Positions 29,167 through 39,629 of a stretch of DNA of 63,835 nucleotides are shown here, one piece after another. The DNA comes from an uncultured Candidatus Saccharibacteria bacterium (GTDB lineage: Bacteria > Patescibacteriota > Minisyncoccia > Phycocordibacterales > UBA2100), in NCBI GenBank assembly GCA_964434285.1, contig CAYSUJ010000005.1:1-63835 (forward strand). The letters are read 5' to 3'. The notes below the pieces were generated by a model. The model searched no databases. It had not been told where the DNA came from and worked only from the letters and a program-made list of their open reading frames with translations. Both the position numbers and the translations under genes were made by a program. How positions within the stretch are numbered: position 1 is the first letter of the stretch; each line of letters opens with the position of its first letter.

Positions 29167-29625
29167 ATGAGCGACGACATCGTGACAAATCCCGCGAGCG
29201 AGGTGGCACCGGGCGTCTCTTTTATAGGATCTGAAGGAGCCCACGAATTCGTTCGGTATTTCGCGGCTTCCGGAATAGCGCTCATCATCGACATAGGGAC
29301 ACTCTGGTTGCTCACGAGCGTTTTCAACGTTTCCTATCTTCTCTCCGGAGCACTCGCATTCACACTGGGACTCATCACGGTGTATGTACTCAGCACACGA
29401 TGGGTATTCAGTTCTCACTCAATCAAAAGTCCGCTCGCGGAATTCGGTATGTTTGCACTCATCGGCCTTGTCGGTCTCGGCCTCAATGAGCTCGTCCTCT
29501 GGCTCCTCACGGGGCTTCTGGGCGTCTTTTACCTCACCTCGAAGATAGCAAGCGTGGCTTTGGTATTTACGTGGAATTTCGCGGCACGTAAATGGTTTCT
29601 CTTTTCGAATACACACCATGCATAA
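29167..29625 (+). CDS. GtrA family membrane protein
   Basis: 152-aa ORF with four TM helices and the C-terminal hallmark [13 protein letters not shown]. Confidence 0.8.
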   Translation: MSDDIVTNPASEVAPGVSFIGSEGAHEFVRYFAASGIALIIDIGTLWLLTSVFNVSYLLSGALAFTLGLITVYVLSTRWVFSSHSIKSPLAEFGMFALIGLVGLGLNELVLWLLTGLLGVFYLTSKIASVALVFTWNFAARKWFLFSNTHHA

Positions 29626-31180
29626 AAAAACAGCACTCATTATCGGCGCGGGTCCTGCAGGGCTCACGACCGCGCTTGAACTCCTGCGACGCACTGACAT
29701 CCACCCCATTGTCGTCGAAATGGATCCTGAGTATGTTGGCGGCATTTCGCGCACCGTGAATTACAAAGGTAACCGTATCGACATAGGCGGACACCGATTC
29801 TTTTCAAAATCAGATAGAGTAATGCAGTGGTGGGCAGACCTCCTGCCTATTGCAATCCCAGAAGATGGCACCACAAACGTCACGTATCAAAAAACTACCC
29901 GTGCACTGACGGAAGGCTTGAAGCGTGCGACGAAAAGCGATGGCGAGAATGTGATGCACGTGCGCCCACGAAAGACGCGCATCATCTATGGAGGAAAATT
30001 CTTTGCCTATCCGGTTGAACTTTCGCTCGACACACTTCTCAAGCTCGGCCCCATCAAGGTCATCAAGATCGCATGGACTTATTTCTATGCCGTCCTCTTC
30101 CCTGTTCGACCAGAAAAAACGCTCGAGGACTTCTTTTTGAACCGTTTCGGTAAAGAGTTGTACGAGACTTTTTTCAAATCCTACACCGAGAAAGTGTGGG
30201 GTACCGCGTGTGCAAATATGTCGGCCGAGTGGGGGGCACAGCGCGTCAAAGGACTCTCGATCACTAAAGCAATCCTTCATGCAGTAAAAAAGATCACACA
30301 TGTAGGAGCCTTGAGCGGCAAAGCGGTCGAAACGTCACTTATCGAGCAATATCTCTACCCCACATATGGCCCGGGTCAGATGTGGGAGGTTGCAACGGAA
30401 AAAATTCGTGAAAAAAATGGTGAGGTGCGTATGGGCGCGCGCGTAACGAAACTTACGCAAAGCAATGGAAAAATCATCTCAGCTATCATAGAAGGAGCGC
30501 ATGGCATGGAAATCGTTCATGCTGATTATGTGTTTTCCACCATGGACATTCGTACACTGCTCTCAATCATGACCCCGTCTGCACCCGAACATATCCGGCG
30601 CATATCTGATGATCTGCAATATCGCGACTTTCTCACCGTCGGACTCCTCATGGAAGAAAAAATTAAAGACCATGAAGGAACACTGATGTCCGACACGTGG
30701 ATGTACGTTCACGAAAAAGGAGTGCATGTTGGGCGCGTGCAGATATTCCATAACTGGCATCCTAAACTTGTCGCTGACCCAAACCATGGCTGGCTGGGGC
30801 TCGAATATTTTGTGAACGAAGGCGATGCGCTTTGGAGCATGCAAGATACTGATTTGATCAAACTAGGCGAGGACGAATTAGGCGCGATCGGTCTCAAACA
30901 AGGAATTAGGGTCATTGACGGGACGGTGATACGTCAACCCAAGGCATATCCAGGATACTTCGGTTCATATACACGCTTCCCCGAAGTGCGGGCGTATTTG
31001 GATACGATCGAAAACCTCTTTCCCATCGGCAGAAACGGCATGCACCGCTACAACAACCAAGACCATTCTATGCTCGCCGGCATGACGGCAGTCGACAACA
31101 TCGTTGCGGGTCGTACCGATAAATCAAACCTCTGGGCCATTAACACGGAAGACGATTACCACGAAGAGAAGCGGCACTGA
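29618..31180 (+). CDS. FAD/NAD(P)-binding oxidoreductase (amine-oxidase / UDP-galactopyranose-mutase-like fold)
   Basis: 520-aa ORF with a dinucleotide-binding N-terminus ([22 protein letters not shown]). Confidence 0.65.
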   Translation: MHKKTALIIGAGPAGLTTALELLRRTDIHPIVVEMDPEYVGGISRTVNYKGNRIDIGGHRFFSKSDRVMQWWADLLPIAIPEDGTTNVTYQKTTRALTEGLKRATKSDGENVMHVRPRKTRIIYGGKFFAYPVELSLDTLLKLGPIKVIKIAWTYFYAVLFPVRPEKTLEDFFLNRFGKELYETFFKSYTEKVWGTACANMSAEWGAQRVKGLSITKAILHAVKKITHVGALSGKAVETSLIEQYLYPTYGPGQMWEVATEKIREKNGEVRMGARVTKLTQSNGKIISAIIEGAHGMEIVHADYVFSTMDIRTLLSIMTPSAPEHIRRISDDLQYRDFLTVGLLMEEKIKDHEGTLMSDTWMYVHEKGVHVGRVQIFHNWHPKLVADPNHGWLGLEYFVNEGDALWSMQDTDLIKLGEDELGAIGLKQGIRVIDGTVIRQPKAYPGYFGSYTRFPEVRAYLDTIENLFPIGRNGMHRYNNQDHSMLAGMTAVDNIVAGRTDKSNLWAINTEDDYHEEKRH

Positions 31181-31245
31181 TTAGTGTTTCTCGCCCAGAT
31201 TCGCTTCCATAACGACCAAGCGAGGCGCATCTAACTCCTATATGA

Positions 31246-32112
31246 CTACCTGGATGTCGTAGATGTTGAATGAATAGAACCATCGTATGCGGCCGCGTGT
31301 GCGATCTCTATGAGGCGCACGACTTCTAAACCCTCCTCAATATGCGGTCGATCCGATGTTCCCGTACGCACCGTTCCAAGAAATGCCTGTAGTTCTGCAG
31401 TAAGTGGAGATACTGCGTCGTAAACGGGGATAGTCGTCGACCCGCCAACAACAACTTTCACCTTTTCATTTGCAGTGTCATCGAACAAGAGTGTTCCCTT
31501 AGTTCCGTAGATTGTAAACGTGCGTCGCTTTTCCTCCGTAACCCAACTGACGCGTGAAATAAATGGAATTGAGCCGAATGAGAACGTGACGCGCGCCGAA
31601 TCCTCTGCCCTCTTCCCATCCTCAGCCGCAACCGAAACTGAATCTGGCATACGCCGCATTATTTCACGAGCCATAACAAGATGGTGCGGCAACCAGTCCC
31701 ACATCACAGACCCGTCAGTGCGCGGGTTATTACTCGTTCCCTCTGCTTCAATCTTGGTGATTGAACCAATGCTTGCGAGCGATGATACAACGACGCGAAA
31801 TGCCGGATTATAGAGCTGAATATGTCCCACAAATACTGGAGTGGCATATTTTTTTGCAGAGTCTTGTATCGCTTGCGCAGAAGCAAGCGAAGTAGCCATC
31901 GGTTTTTCGATGAATGTAGGAATGCCTTTCTTAATAAAGGAAAGCGCGATTTCAGCATGCGTAGTGCTTGGTGTGGCAATAATCACGCCATCAAGACCTT
32001 CGGGAAATTCGTCGCGCCCGATCAGAACAACTTCAACATCTCTCATTTCTGAAAGTTCTTTCCGAATGTTTTGACCCCAGCGACCCTTCCCGACAAGGCC
32101 GATTGTGAGCAT
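31246..32112 (-). CDS. Gfo/Idh/MocA family oxidoreductase
   Basis: 288-aa ORF with IGLVGKGRWGQN and FIEKPMATS motifs. Confidence 0.65.
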   Translation of the reverse strand: MLTIGLVGKGRWGQNIRKELSEMRDVEVVLIGRDEFPEGLDGVIIATPSTTHAEIALSFIKKGIPTFIEKPMATSLASAQAIQDSAKKYATPVFVGHIQLYNPAFRVVVSSLASIGSITKIEAEGTSNNPRTDGSVMWDWLPHHLVMAREIMRRMPDSVSVAAEDGKRAEDSARVTFSFGSIPFISRVSWVTEEKRRTFTIYGTKGTLLFDDTANEKVKVVVGGSTTIPVYDAVSPLTAELQAFLGTVRTGTSDRPHIEEGLEVVRLIEIAHAAAYDGSIHSTSTTSR

Positions 32113-32118
32113 ACAAAT

Positions 32119-33285
32119 CTATTTTGAATCGTTGTACGAATCCTGTGCGCGCGCCCACGCAACAAATCGTTTGAGACCCTCATCCAAATCGACGGTCGCC
32201 CTATAGCCTAAGTCATTCTCCGCCTTGGTGAGGTCTGGACAGCGGCGCTGCGGTTCTCCTGCAGGATAAGTATCCGGATAATCGATGAGTGAATGGCGTG
32301 ACCCCGGTACGACTTTTCGGAAAAGCTCCGCGAGATCCCGCATCGCGATCTCATTCTCGGCGTTTCCGATGTTATACGCATGGCCGGGTGTCCCGCTGAG
32401 CAGCACCTGTAGGAACCCCGTGATCGCGTCTGAGATGTAGCAGAACGTGCGTGTTTGGTGACCATCACCATGCACCGGAATCTCGCGTCCATTGAGTGCT
32501 TGATAGGTGAACATCGGGACCACGCGCCGATCATTGTGTCCCATGCCAGGGCCAAAGACGTTGAACGGACGGACTATCTTGGCTGGAACCTGATGACGGT
32601 CATGATAGATGGTGACAAGTGTCTCACCGAGACGCTTCGATTCGTCGTAACATGCGCGTGGCCCCACGCTTGAGACATAGCCGTGATATGTCTCCGGTGT
32701 TGGTACGGCTTTCGGATCAGGATCGCCGTAGATTTCGCTCGAACTGAAAAAAAGGAAACCCTCGAGATTCGGATTACGCTTCGCGAGCTCGAGCAGATTG
32801 CGCGTCCCATGCACGGCGCTCTCGATCGTCTCAATAGGATGCTTCATGTAATACACAGGCGATGCGACGCCAGCGGCATGGATGATGAAATCGAGGTCTT
32901 GCCGAAGCGGAAGCGGGTGCGTAACGTCTGCCCAGACATGGAGAATGTGCGGGTCGCCAGAGGCGCCCTCACGATGCGCTTTCGCGTCACCGGTAATGAA
33001 GTTGTCGACGGAAATCAGTGTGCACGGCTCCGCCAAGACCTCTGCGTTCAAGCGCTTCACGAGCGCAGTAATGTGACGACCGAGGAATCCTGCCCCGCCC
33101 GAAAGGAGTACGGTCTTCCCGGAAAAACGATGAGCGTCTTTCCCTAGTTTCCGGATGATTTCTGCCGTATCGTCGAGACGAGAAGGATTGCGCTTTGCGG
33201 CTTTAGGTGCACTCATGTGTCGACTTTTCTTGCGCGGAGAACGGCGTGCCTTCAGTTTTTTAGAACGGGATTTGTGAGTTGCCAT
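32119..33285 (-). CDS. SDR-family NAD-dependent sugar-nucleotide decarboxylase/epimerase (UDP-glucuronate decarboxylase-like) with a basic N-terminal extension
   Basis: 388-aa ORF with a GxxGxxG motif (LLSGGAGFLGRHI) and a YxxxK motif (YDESKRLGE). The N-terminal 35 aa are Lys/Arg-rich. Confidence 0.75.
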   Translation of the reverse strand: MATHKSRSKKLKARRSPRKKSRHMSAPKAAKRNPSRLDDTAEIIRKLGKDAHRFSGKTVLLSGGAGFLGRHITALVKRLNAEVLAEPCTLISVDNFITGDAKAHREGASGDPHILHVWADVTHPLPLRQDLDFIIHAAGVASPVYYMKHPIETIESAVHGTRNLLELAKRNPNLEGFLFFSSSEIYGDPDPKAVPTPETYHGYVSSVGPRACYDESKRLGETLVTIYHDRHQVPAKIVRPFNVFGPGMGHNDRRVVPMFTYQALNGREIPVHGDGHQTRTFCYISDAITGFLQVLLSGTPGHAYNIGNAENEIAMRDLAELFRKVVPGSRHSLIDYPDTYPAGEPQRRCPDLTKAENDLGYRATVDLDEGLKRFVAWARAQDSYNDSK

Positions 33286-33323
33286 AGCAGGCGGATTATA
33301 ACGAGAGCTGCCCGAACCGCAAC

Positions 33324-34505
33324 CTAGGTCACTTCCCGAGGCGGTATTGGTATGAAATAACGGTATGCATTCTGTGTCTTTTTACGGATGTCGTCGATAT
33401 ACTCGTAAGCAAAGATGACGAGAAGTTGCGGCGGGTGCGCATCCAAATGTGACTTCGGGACAATGGGGATGTGCGTACCGGGCGTGAATTTATCCTGTTT
33501 CAGAGGACTGTCGTCTACCGTAAACGGGATGAGGTCCGGGCCGATGCCGCCATAATTGCAGATGGTGGTGACTCTCGCGGGTGCACCATATCCCGCTACG
33601 GAAACTCCTGCGCCTTTGAAACCGAGAAGCGCGTCACGAAACGCGCTGATCTGCGTATCGACTTCATTCTTGAATTCTTGGAGTCGCGGGAGGGTTAGCG
33701 TCGTCGATTCGTCTTGTACAAGCGCCTTGACGCGATCCGATGCGCCGGGACCGCGCCCTTTTCGCATGATCGTAACCTGAAGCGAACCCCCGTGCGGTTC
33801 GATATGCTCGACATCCGCGACATACATACCATGCGACTCGAAGAGGTGCGACAGCGATGTGAGCGAATAATAGAAGATGCGATCGAGGTAGAATCGCTCG
33901 AACTGGATATCCTTCAGAATATTGCCGATGTATTCAACTTCGATGATGAAGCGACCGTCATCGGCCATCAATTGATCGACGGTCTCAATACAGGCGTGCG
34001 GATTCTCGAGGTGCGTGAAAACGCTGCTCGCCACGATCACGTCGGGCTTGCCGTATTCTTTTTCTGTCGCAGCAGCGCTTTCTTGGTCGAAGAATGCGGT
34101 AATCGTCGTGAGTCCGGCATCATTCGCAATCTTCGAGACATTGATTGAAGGCTCGATGCCAATCGCTTTCACGCCGAGCTCTTTGAGGGGTTTCAAGAGG
34201 ATGCCATCATTTGAGCCAACATCGACCACGAACTTCGCATCAGCAAGTTTTTTGGCAAGCGCCTCAAAATGACGAACAAGCCCGGGATTCACCGACGATA
34301 GGTAGTAATAATCCTCGAACATGCGCTCCCGCGATATCTTCGTACCAAGCTGAACGTTCTTGCAGTTCGTGCAGAAGAAGACCTGCATTGGAAAGAAATC
34401 TTCCGTCACGAAATCTGCCTCACGGGGATACTTGTTCGCAAGGGGTTGGCGCCCAAGGTCTAGGAACAATTGCGCCGCATCAGTCCGACAAAGGTCACAA
34501 AGCAT
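33324..34505 (-). CDS. Sugar C-methyltransferase-type SAM-dependent methyltransferase with an N-terminal Zn-ribbon
   Basis: It has paired Cys motifs (CDLCRTD ... FFCTNCKNVQL), SAM motif I (VVDVGSNDGILL) and the C-terminal domain typical of NDP-hexose C-methyltransferases. The start was set at the ATG at 34505. Confidence 0.7.
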   Translation of the reverse strand: MLCDLCRTDAAQLFLDLGRQPLANKYPREADFVTEDFFPMQVFFCTNCKNVQLGTKISRERMFEDYYYLSSVNPGLVRHFEALAKKLADAKFVVDVGSNDGILLKPLKELGVKAIGIEPSINVSKIANDAGLTTITAFFDQESAAATEKEYGKPDVIVASSVFTHLENPHACIETVDQLMADDGRFIIEVEYIGNILKDIQFERFYLDRIFYYSLTSLSHLFESHGMYVADVEHIEPHGGSLQVTIMRKGRGPGASDRVKALVQDESTTLTLPRLQEFKNEVDTQISAFRDALLGFKGAGVSVAGYGAPARVTTICNYGGIGPDLIPFTVDDSPLKQDKFTPGTHIPIVPKSHLDAHPPQLLVIFAYEYIDDIRKKTQNAYRYFIPIPPREVT

Positions 34506-34537
34506 GGTTGCGAGTATACGCGATGCACGCCTGATGC

Positions 34538-35689
34538 TCAATGCGCGAACTTCCGTATGAACTTGCTGATCGCGCGAGCGCGGGAACCCCAGTCGTGACG
34601 ACGCGCGAGCGCTTGTGCTGCATGTGTCTTTCCCTTTTCAGGTGCATCGAGCGCCGTGAGAATGGCGCGCGCAAAACTTGCCGGGTCGTCCGGAGTCGCG
34701 AAATCGACCTCATGCTCAGAGACGATTTCCCTGATCGAAGGCAGATCGGAAGCAACGATGGGTCGCCCCGAGGCCAGATACTCGAACAACTTTACAGGCG
34801 AAGTCTCATACTTCGAAGCCGCATCTTTACCAGTATTCGGTAGTACGAGCACATCGGCTGCACGGAAAAAAAGTGGGATCCTGTCATGCGATTGATGAGC
34901 AACGAACTCAATACGCGGCAACTTCTTTTCGCGGACGAATGCCTGGAGGTCCGCGCGGTCAGACTCAGTACCGCCCACGAAATAGATATGTACATCCTCC
35001 GGCAACGACACAGAAGCCTCGGCAAGCGTATAGACACCCTTCCAACCGAAGAGATGTCCTGTGTAGAGCGCGATACGAACATCCTGCGGCAAACCGAGAA
35101 GGGCGCGCGCTTCGTAGCGCGTTTCCGGACGCTCGAAGAAAGACACATCGACCGCGTTCGGTTGTGTGAGCATGCGTTCCTCGGGGAATGCGTAGCGCTC
35201 TGCTAGACGCCTCTTTTTTATCGAATTCGTTACGATAAGCCCCTTTGTACGCACGAGTACGAGGCGATTTAGAATGCCCCAGCTGCTCTCATAGAAATCA
35301 TGAATCTCAGAAAATACTCGTCGACACACAAGTGCGGGGAGAATTAAGTCACGCAAATCATGAGCATACACAATCGCCTCTCGTTCGCCCGTGCGCACGA
35401 GGCGAATGGCACATACCACATTGAACGAAGCCACCATGAGAAAAAATCCGAGCATTTTCCATGCGCGCATACGATCGAGCACTGGCAGTTTCCGTATGAC
35501 GAAACATTCGCTTACACCATGGAATTCAAAAGGATCTTGTTCGCCATACACAGGGTCATCCCTTTTCGGCAGCCATAATTCCACCTCAAAGCCCTCGCGC
35601 ACGAAACCAGCGCACGTCTTCATGATGAGCGGCGACATTGTTTTCTCGGAGGGTATACGCCAGTGAGTTATGTAGATGAGCTTCGCCAT
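34538..35689 (-). CDS. GT4 family glycosyltransferase
   Basis: 383-aa ORF. The C-terminal half carries the E-x7-E region (ETSPVKLFEYLASGRPIV). Confidence 0.75.
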   Translation of the reverse strand: MAKLIYITHWRIPSEKTMSPLIMKTCAGFVREGFEVELWLPKRDDPVYGEQDPFEFHGVSECFVIRKLPVLDRMRAWKMLGFFLMVASFNVVCAIRLVRTGEREAIVYAHDLRDLILPALVCRRVFSEIHDFYESSWGILNRLVLVRTKGLIVTNSIKKRRLAERYAFPEERMLTQPNAVDVSFFERPETRYEARALLGLPQDVRIALYTGHLFGWKGVYTLAEASVSLPEDVHIYFVGGTESDRADLQAFVREKKLPRIEFVAHQSHDRIPLFFRAADVLVLPNTGKDAASKYETSPVKLFEYLASGRPIVASDLPSIREIVSEHEVDFATPDDPASFARAILTALDAPEKGKTHAAQALARRHDWGSRARAISKFIRKFAH

Positions 35690-35795
35690 ATTCGTTTCAC
35701 ACGTTGATTCTTGTACAATAGCGCTGTCGTATATGCATGGTCAATTGCAGGCATTCTGCGCGCAGGTACTTTCCCGGGAGACACACATCGGACGC

Positions 35796-36170
35796 ATGGC
35801 CCGCGTCGGCCTCGTCGGATTATGTGGCTTCGTCATCCAGACAAGCATCTTCGAGATAATCGGCATCCAATTCGAATTACTCCGCCCATCGACCGCCGCA
35901 CTCGTCGGTGGCGAGATTGCGATCTTGGTGGGATTCGCGCTCAACAATCGGTACAACTTTTCTGAACGAACCCTGCCCGTACAGACACGTCTACTCCGAT
36001 TCCACACGGTCGTGGCCGGTTCGTTATTCCTGCAGTGGCTGTTCGTCCGACTTGCTGAGCACTATTTCGGAGACCCCATGATGATCCGCCTAGCCTACCT
36101 GTGCGGTATTACCCTCGGGTTCCTATCAAATTATATAGGGTACACACTTTGGGTCTGGCGGAAACATTAA
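35796..36170 (+). CDS. GtrA family membrane protein (second copy)
   Basis: It has four TM helices with NNRYNF and YIGYTLWVW motifs. The start was set at MARVGLVGLCGF; the ORF-track start of 35676 is probably too far upstream. Confidence 0.6.
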   Translation: MARVGLVGLCGFVIQTSIFEIIGIQFELLRPSTAALVGGEIAILVGFALNNRYNFSERTLPVQTRLLRFHTVVAGSLFLQWLFVRLAEHYFGDPMMIRLAYLCGITLGFLSNYIGYTLWVWRKH

Positions 36171-37246
36171 AAACTCGAAATTTTTGTGCGAATCTCGCGC
36201 ATCAAATGCCGAGTCATCACATCGAGCCTAAAGTAATTTACGTACGCATCTCGAGCCTTGGTCTGAGCCTCACGCCAGGAGGTTTCAGTTTTGGCGTTGT
36301 ACCAAGAGCGAACGATTGTGGGCATGCGACAAATATCCATGTGATCAATGATGATGGCAAATGTGCTGTAATCGATCACCTCGGAAAAAGGGAAATTTCT
36401 TTCAGTGTCGATTATTACAGGCACTCGACCAAGCGAGAGTAACTCGAAGAGCCGCGTCGACGCATTTGCGTCCCCGCGGACGTCGAGCCCAATGTCAGCG
36501 TTTAGCGCATTATCGACGAACTCTTTCCGAATTGCGTCGGAATCTCCTCGCATCGTTTTAATATTGCCTGAATACCCACCCCTCCTCACGATCGATGACC
36601 TAACCTCATGACTCGCGCTTAGTGCGCTCAGAGCCTCTTGGCGCACGAACACACCCTTGCGAAACGCACGATAGCGGTGATCGAATATGCTACGCACACG
36701 CACAGGCAGCTCTTTAAGGGAGGAGCGGAGATATTGGGTGGCAGACATTTCAGTCCATCCAGCAAAGAAGATCGTCGGCATCGTTGTTTTCTCGCGTATC
36801 GTCAAAGCGCTGTTGCAGTATTGCTCGAGCAAATCTTCAGAATACGGAGGAATAATGATGTCGTTCTTTTGTTTCAAGAATCGATATCCGCCATACCGCA
36901 TAACGATGCTGCCGGGGTCGTTGATATATGCGTCCACATCTTGAACAGCATCGATCAGAAGTGGTTTATGCGCAGTTCGCGCAGTTGAACGCGATGCTTC
37001 AAAGACATCTCGTACTCTACTCGTAGCGAGAGTGTACCGATATGGTAAAAGCACTACGTCGCACTCTTCTATGCGACCCACAATCGAATACACGCTCGTA
37101 TCTAAAGAATGCGCGTCGAAGACTTTTCGAGTAAACGCTAAATTCGGAGATGAAGCAATGCCCCAGAAAGGGAACATGAGCGGTATATGCTCAACATTCG
37201 TTCGCCTCCATGCAGGGTCGACGTACATGCGAACATGTTCGCTCAT
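36167..37246 (-). CDS. Exostosin-like (GT47-type) glycosyltransferase
   Basis: 359-aa ORF. Its C-terminal block (GLDVRGDANASTRLFELLSLGRVPVIIDTERNFPFSEVIDYSTFAIII) resembles the exostosin family signature. Confidence 0.5.
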   Translation of the reverse strand: MSEHVRMYVDPAWRRTNVEHIPLMFPFWGIASSPNLAFTRKVFDAHSLDTSVYSIVGRIEECDVVLLPYRYTLATSRVRDVFEASRSTARTAHKPLLIDAVQDVDAYINDPGSIVMRYGGYRFLKQKNDIIIPPYSEDLLEQYCNSALTIREKTTMPTIFFAGWTEMSATQYLRSSLKELPVRVRSIFDHRYRAFRKGVFVRQEALSALSASHEVRSSIVRRGGYSGNIKTMRGDSDAIRKEFVDNALNADIGLDVRGDANASTRLFELLSLGRVPVIIDTERNFPFSEVIDYSTFAIIIDHMDICRMPTIVRSWYNAKTETSWREAQTKARDAYVNYFRLDVMTRHLMREIRTKISSF

Positions 37247-37878
37247 ATCGAACCGTTGCTGATTTTGATTGAGAAGAAATGGTGGTAGGAACTCTCGAAG
37301 GGGATGAAATCGCGGGTGATGCGGCCGTGTTTGGAGAGCTCGGTGCGTATGCGGGATAATGGGTAGCCGCGTTTGCCGATTTCCCAGTGGTGCTGGCCGT
37401 TGAAGGCGTGCTCTTTCGGAAATGGAATTTTGTAGGCAAGACGAATGCGTGGGAGGAATGGAATTTTGAGCGCAAGCGAGAGCATGGGGCCGAAATGCGG
37501 AAGACTGATGAGCACATGCGTTCGTGCGACGCGCGCGAGCTCGGTGAGTGCTGGTTGGAATTGATCAAACGGTAAGTGTTCCAAGACTTCGAACGCGCAG
37601 GAAATATCGAATGAATTATCTTCAAACGGGAGCTTCGTGACGGGTGCTATCACATCCGCACCCACATCGTCCGCAATATCCGCACTCGTGTAGGCGATCT
37701 GCGTATTGTTCTTGAGGTAGCTTCCCACCACCCTGTCGCCCGCACCGATTTCAAGCACCGACCGCGCATTCGATCGTATGATTTCCGCAAGCTGTGTCTG
37801 GTAGCTTACAAATCGCTCTTCGGTGCCATAGCGCTCGAAGCGATAGGCATCTTTATCTACTTGTTTTTGAGTATGCAT
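37243..37878 (-). CDS. Class I SAM-dependent methyltransferase
   Basis: 211-aa ORF with motif I (VLEIGAGDRVVG) and a FEVLEHLP motif. Confidence 0.75.
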   Translation of the reverse strand: MHTQKQVDKDAYRFERYGTEERFVSYQTQLAEIIRSNARSVLEIGAGDRVVGSYLKNNTQIAYTSADIADDVGADVIAPVTKLPFEDNSFDISCAFEVLEHLPFDQFQPALTELARVARTHVLISLPHFGPMLSLALKIPFLPRIRLAYKIPFPKEHAFNGQHHWEIGKRGYPLSRIRTELSKHGRITRDFIPFESSYHHFFSIKISNGSI

Positions 37879-37949
37879 GGATATGGTGCGTATTATGCCA
37901 CAATCGATATGCGCTTGTCCTATTGCGACAATACGCTACCATCTGGTGA

Positions 37950-38597
37950 ATGCTACGTGTTGAAGTTTTTAAAGCAGCCCTAAAACTCATGCTCGGACGC
38001 GGCTCACGGCGCTCATATGGACAATTCGGAGAGGATGCGGTGGTACAAACGCTTCTTAAGAAATCTTCAGGCTTCTATGTTGATGTTGGCTGTTATCACC
38101 CCATCCTTTATTTCAACACATATGGTCTTTATAGACGCGGTTGGCAAGGTATCGTAATCGATCCGAACAGGAACCTAGGCCCGCTTTTCAGGATCTTCCG
38201 GCATCGAGACGTCTTCGTGAATACGGCGGTGGGAAGGAGTGATACGCGAACATATTACGAATATGCCGATGGTGCATATAACACACTTGAAAAGTCAGAA
38301 GCGGTAGAACGAAGAGGACCTGTACATACTCGAGATGTCTCCGTTCGCCCTCTTGCGGAGTTAGTGAAGGAGTACGACATACAACAGATCGATTTTTTAA
38401 ATGTTGATGTCGAGGGTATGGATCTTGAAGTATTGACTTCGCACGACTGGAATATCCCACCAAAAGTCATTGCCGTCGAACAACATATTGCGTTTGAGTC
38501 TATACAACAAAGCGACGTGTATGCGTTTCTCAAAGAGAAAAACTATCGTGTGCACGGGATTGCAGGGCCAACACTAGTGTTTTGTCGAGAGAATTGA
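37950..38597 (+). CDS. FkbM family methyltransferase
   Basis: 215-aa ORF containing FYVDVGCYHPILYFNTYGLYRRGWQGIVIDPN and FLNVDVEGMDLEVL. Confidence 0.75.
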   Translation: MLRVEVFKAALKLMLGRGSRRSYGQFGEDAVVQTLLKKSSGFYVDVGCYHPILYFNTYGLYRRGWQGIVIDPNRNLGPLFRIFRHRDVFVNTAVGRSDTRTYYEYADGAYNTLEKSEAVERRGPVHTRDVSVRPLAELVKEYDIQQIDFLNVDVEGMDLEVLTSHDWNIPPKVIAVEQHIAFESIQQSDVYAFLKEKNYRVHGIAGPTLVFCREN

Positions 38598-39629
38598 GAC
38601 AAGGCGTTCAATAAGATTCGGGAGCGCGTGCTCGCGCTCCACCATAGCACGGCTTGCGGCGCCGAGCGCCTTGCGCTCGTCTTGTCCGAGATGGTGAATG
38701 CATACGAGTGCTTTGAGAAAGAGCTCGGGCTTCGGCTCGGCAACAACGAGATCCTGATGGATTTTTGCGAGAATAGGTTTCGCCGCATCGTTCGATGAGA
38801 TCACGGGACACTGTGCCGCCATCGCTTCCAGAATCACCTTATCGAGACTTCCGGTGGTACTCGCGTGAAGCATAATATCTGAACTGGCGAGGAGTTTGGG
38901 AATTTCGGCAGGAGTTTTTGCTCCCACAAACAAAACGTTGTTCTGCAAGCGAAACTTCTCTACAAAAGCACGCAATTCATGCTCATAGCGCTCATCCTCC
39001 CGTGTCACCGGCGCTCCCGCCACGATGAGTTGGTATGGTACTCCGCTCCGCGGAAGCTCGGGTAATGCCTCAAAAATGGTCATTACACCCTTTGAAGGCG
39101 CTATTCTACCGAATACAATCAGACGCAGGAAATCGGTCATGGGAGGCCGTTCCAGGGCAAAAACAGAGATATCTATGCCATGCCCTGTCACAACAACGTT
39201 CGCACGCTTGAGCCGGAAGCTTTCAGACGACGCCGTGCAGATCGTGTCAACAAGACGGCTCCCGATGCGCACCGAGAGCGAGGTGCTTTTGTGCGTGTAC
39301 CACAACAACCGGCGCTTCCCGGAAAGTTTCCAGATGGGCCAGCCGAGGATCGCGTACTCGGGATTCATGTGGATGAAGACGGCGTCGTAGCGAAAGAGAA
39401 AGCGGAGAACAAAAAAATAAAAACGGAATAACCGCCTCAAGCGACCGGTGCCGCGCTCTTTGCCAAGCGAATGCACGCGCACATGCGCTGGGAGATCGTG
39501 CTTCCCTTCGCGTAAACAGATCACCTCGATTGATTCACATTGCTTGGCAAACTCGATGAGCCATCGGTGGAAGAATCCCAAAACCGGATCATCGACATCA
39601 ACCGCTTGCGTGCAAATTAGGAGGCGCAT
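38574..39629 (-). CDS. GT4 family glycosyltransferase
   Basis: 351-aa ORF with the MRLLICTQAVD N-terminus typical of GT4 and a C-terminal GSLDKVILEAMAAQCPVI motif. Confidence 0.7.
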   Translation of the reverse strand: MRLLICTQAVDVDDPVLGFFHRWLIEFAKQCESIEVICLREGKHDLPAHVRVHSLGKERGTGRLRRLFRFYFFVLRFLFRYDAVFIHMNPEYAILGWPIWKLSGKRRLLWYTHKSTSLSVRIGSRLVDTICTASSESFRLKRANVVVTGHGIDISVFALERPPMTDFLRLIVFGRIAPSKGVMTIFEALPELPRSGVPYQLIVAGAPVTREDERYEHELRAFVEKFRLQNNVLFVGAKTPAEIPKLLASSDIMLHASTTGSLDKVILEAMAAQCPVISSNDAAKPILAKIHQDLVVAEPKPELFLKALVCIHHLGQDERKALGAASRAMVEREHALPNLIERLVSILSTKH

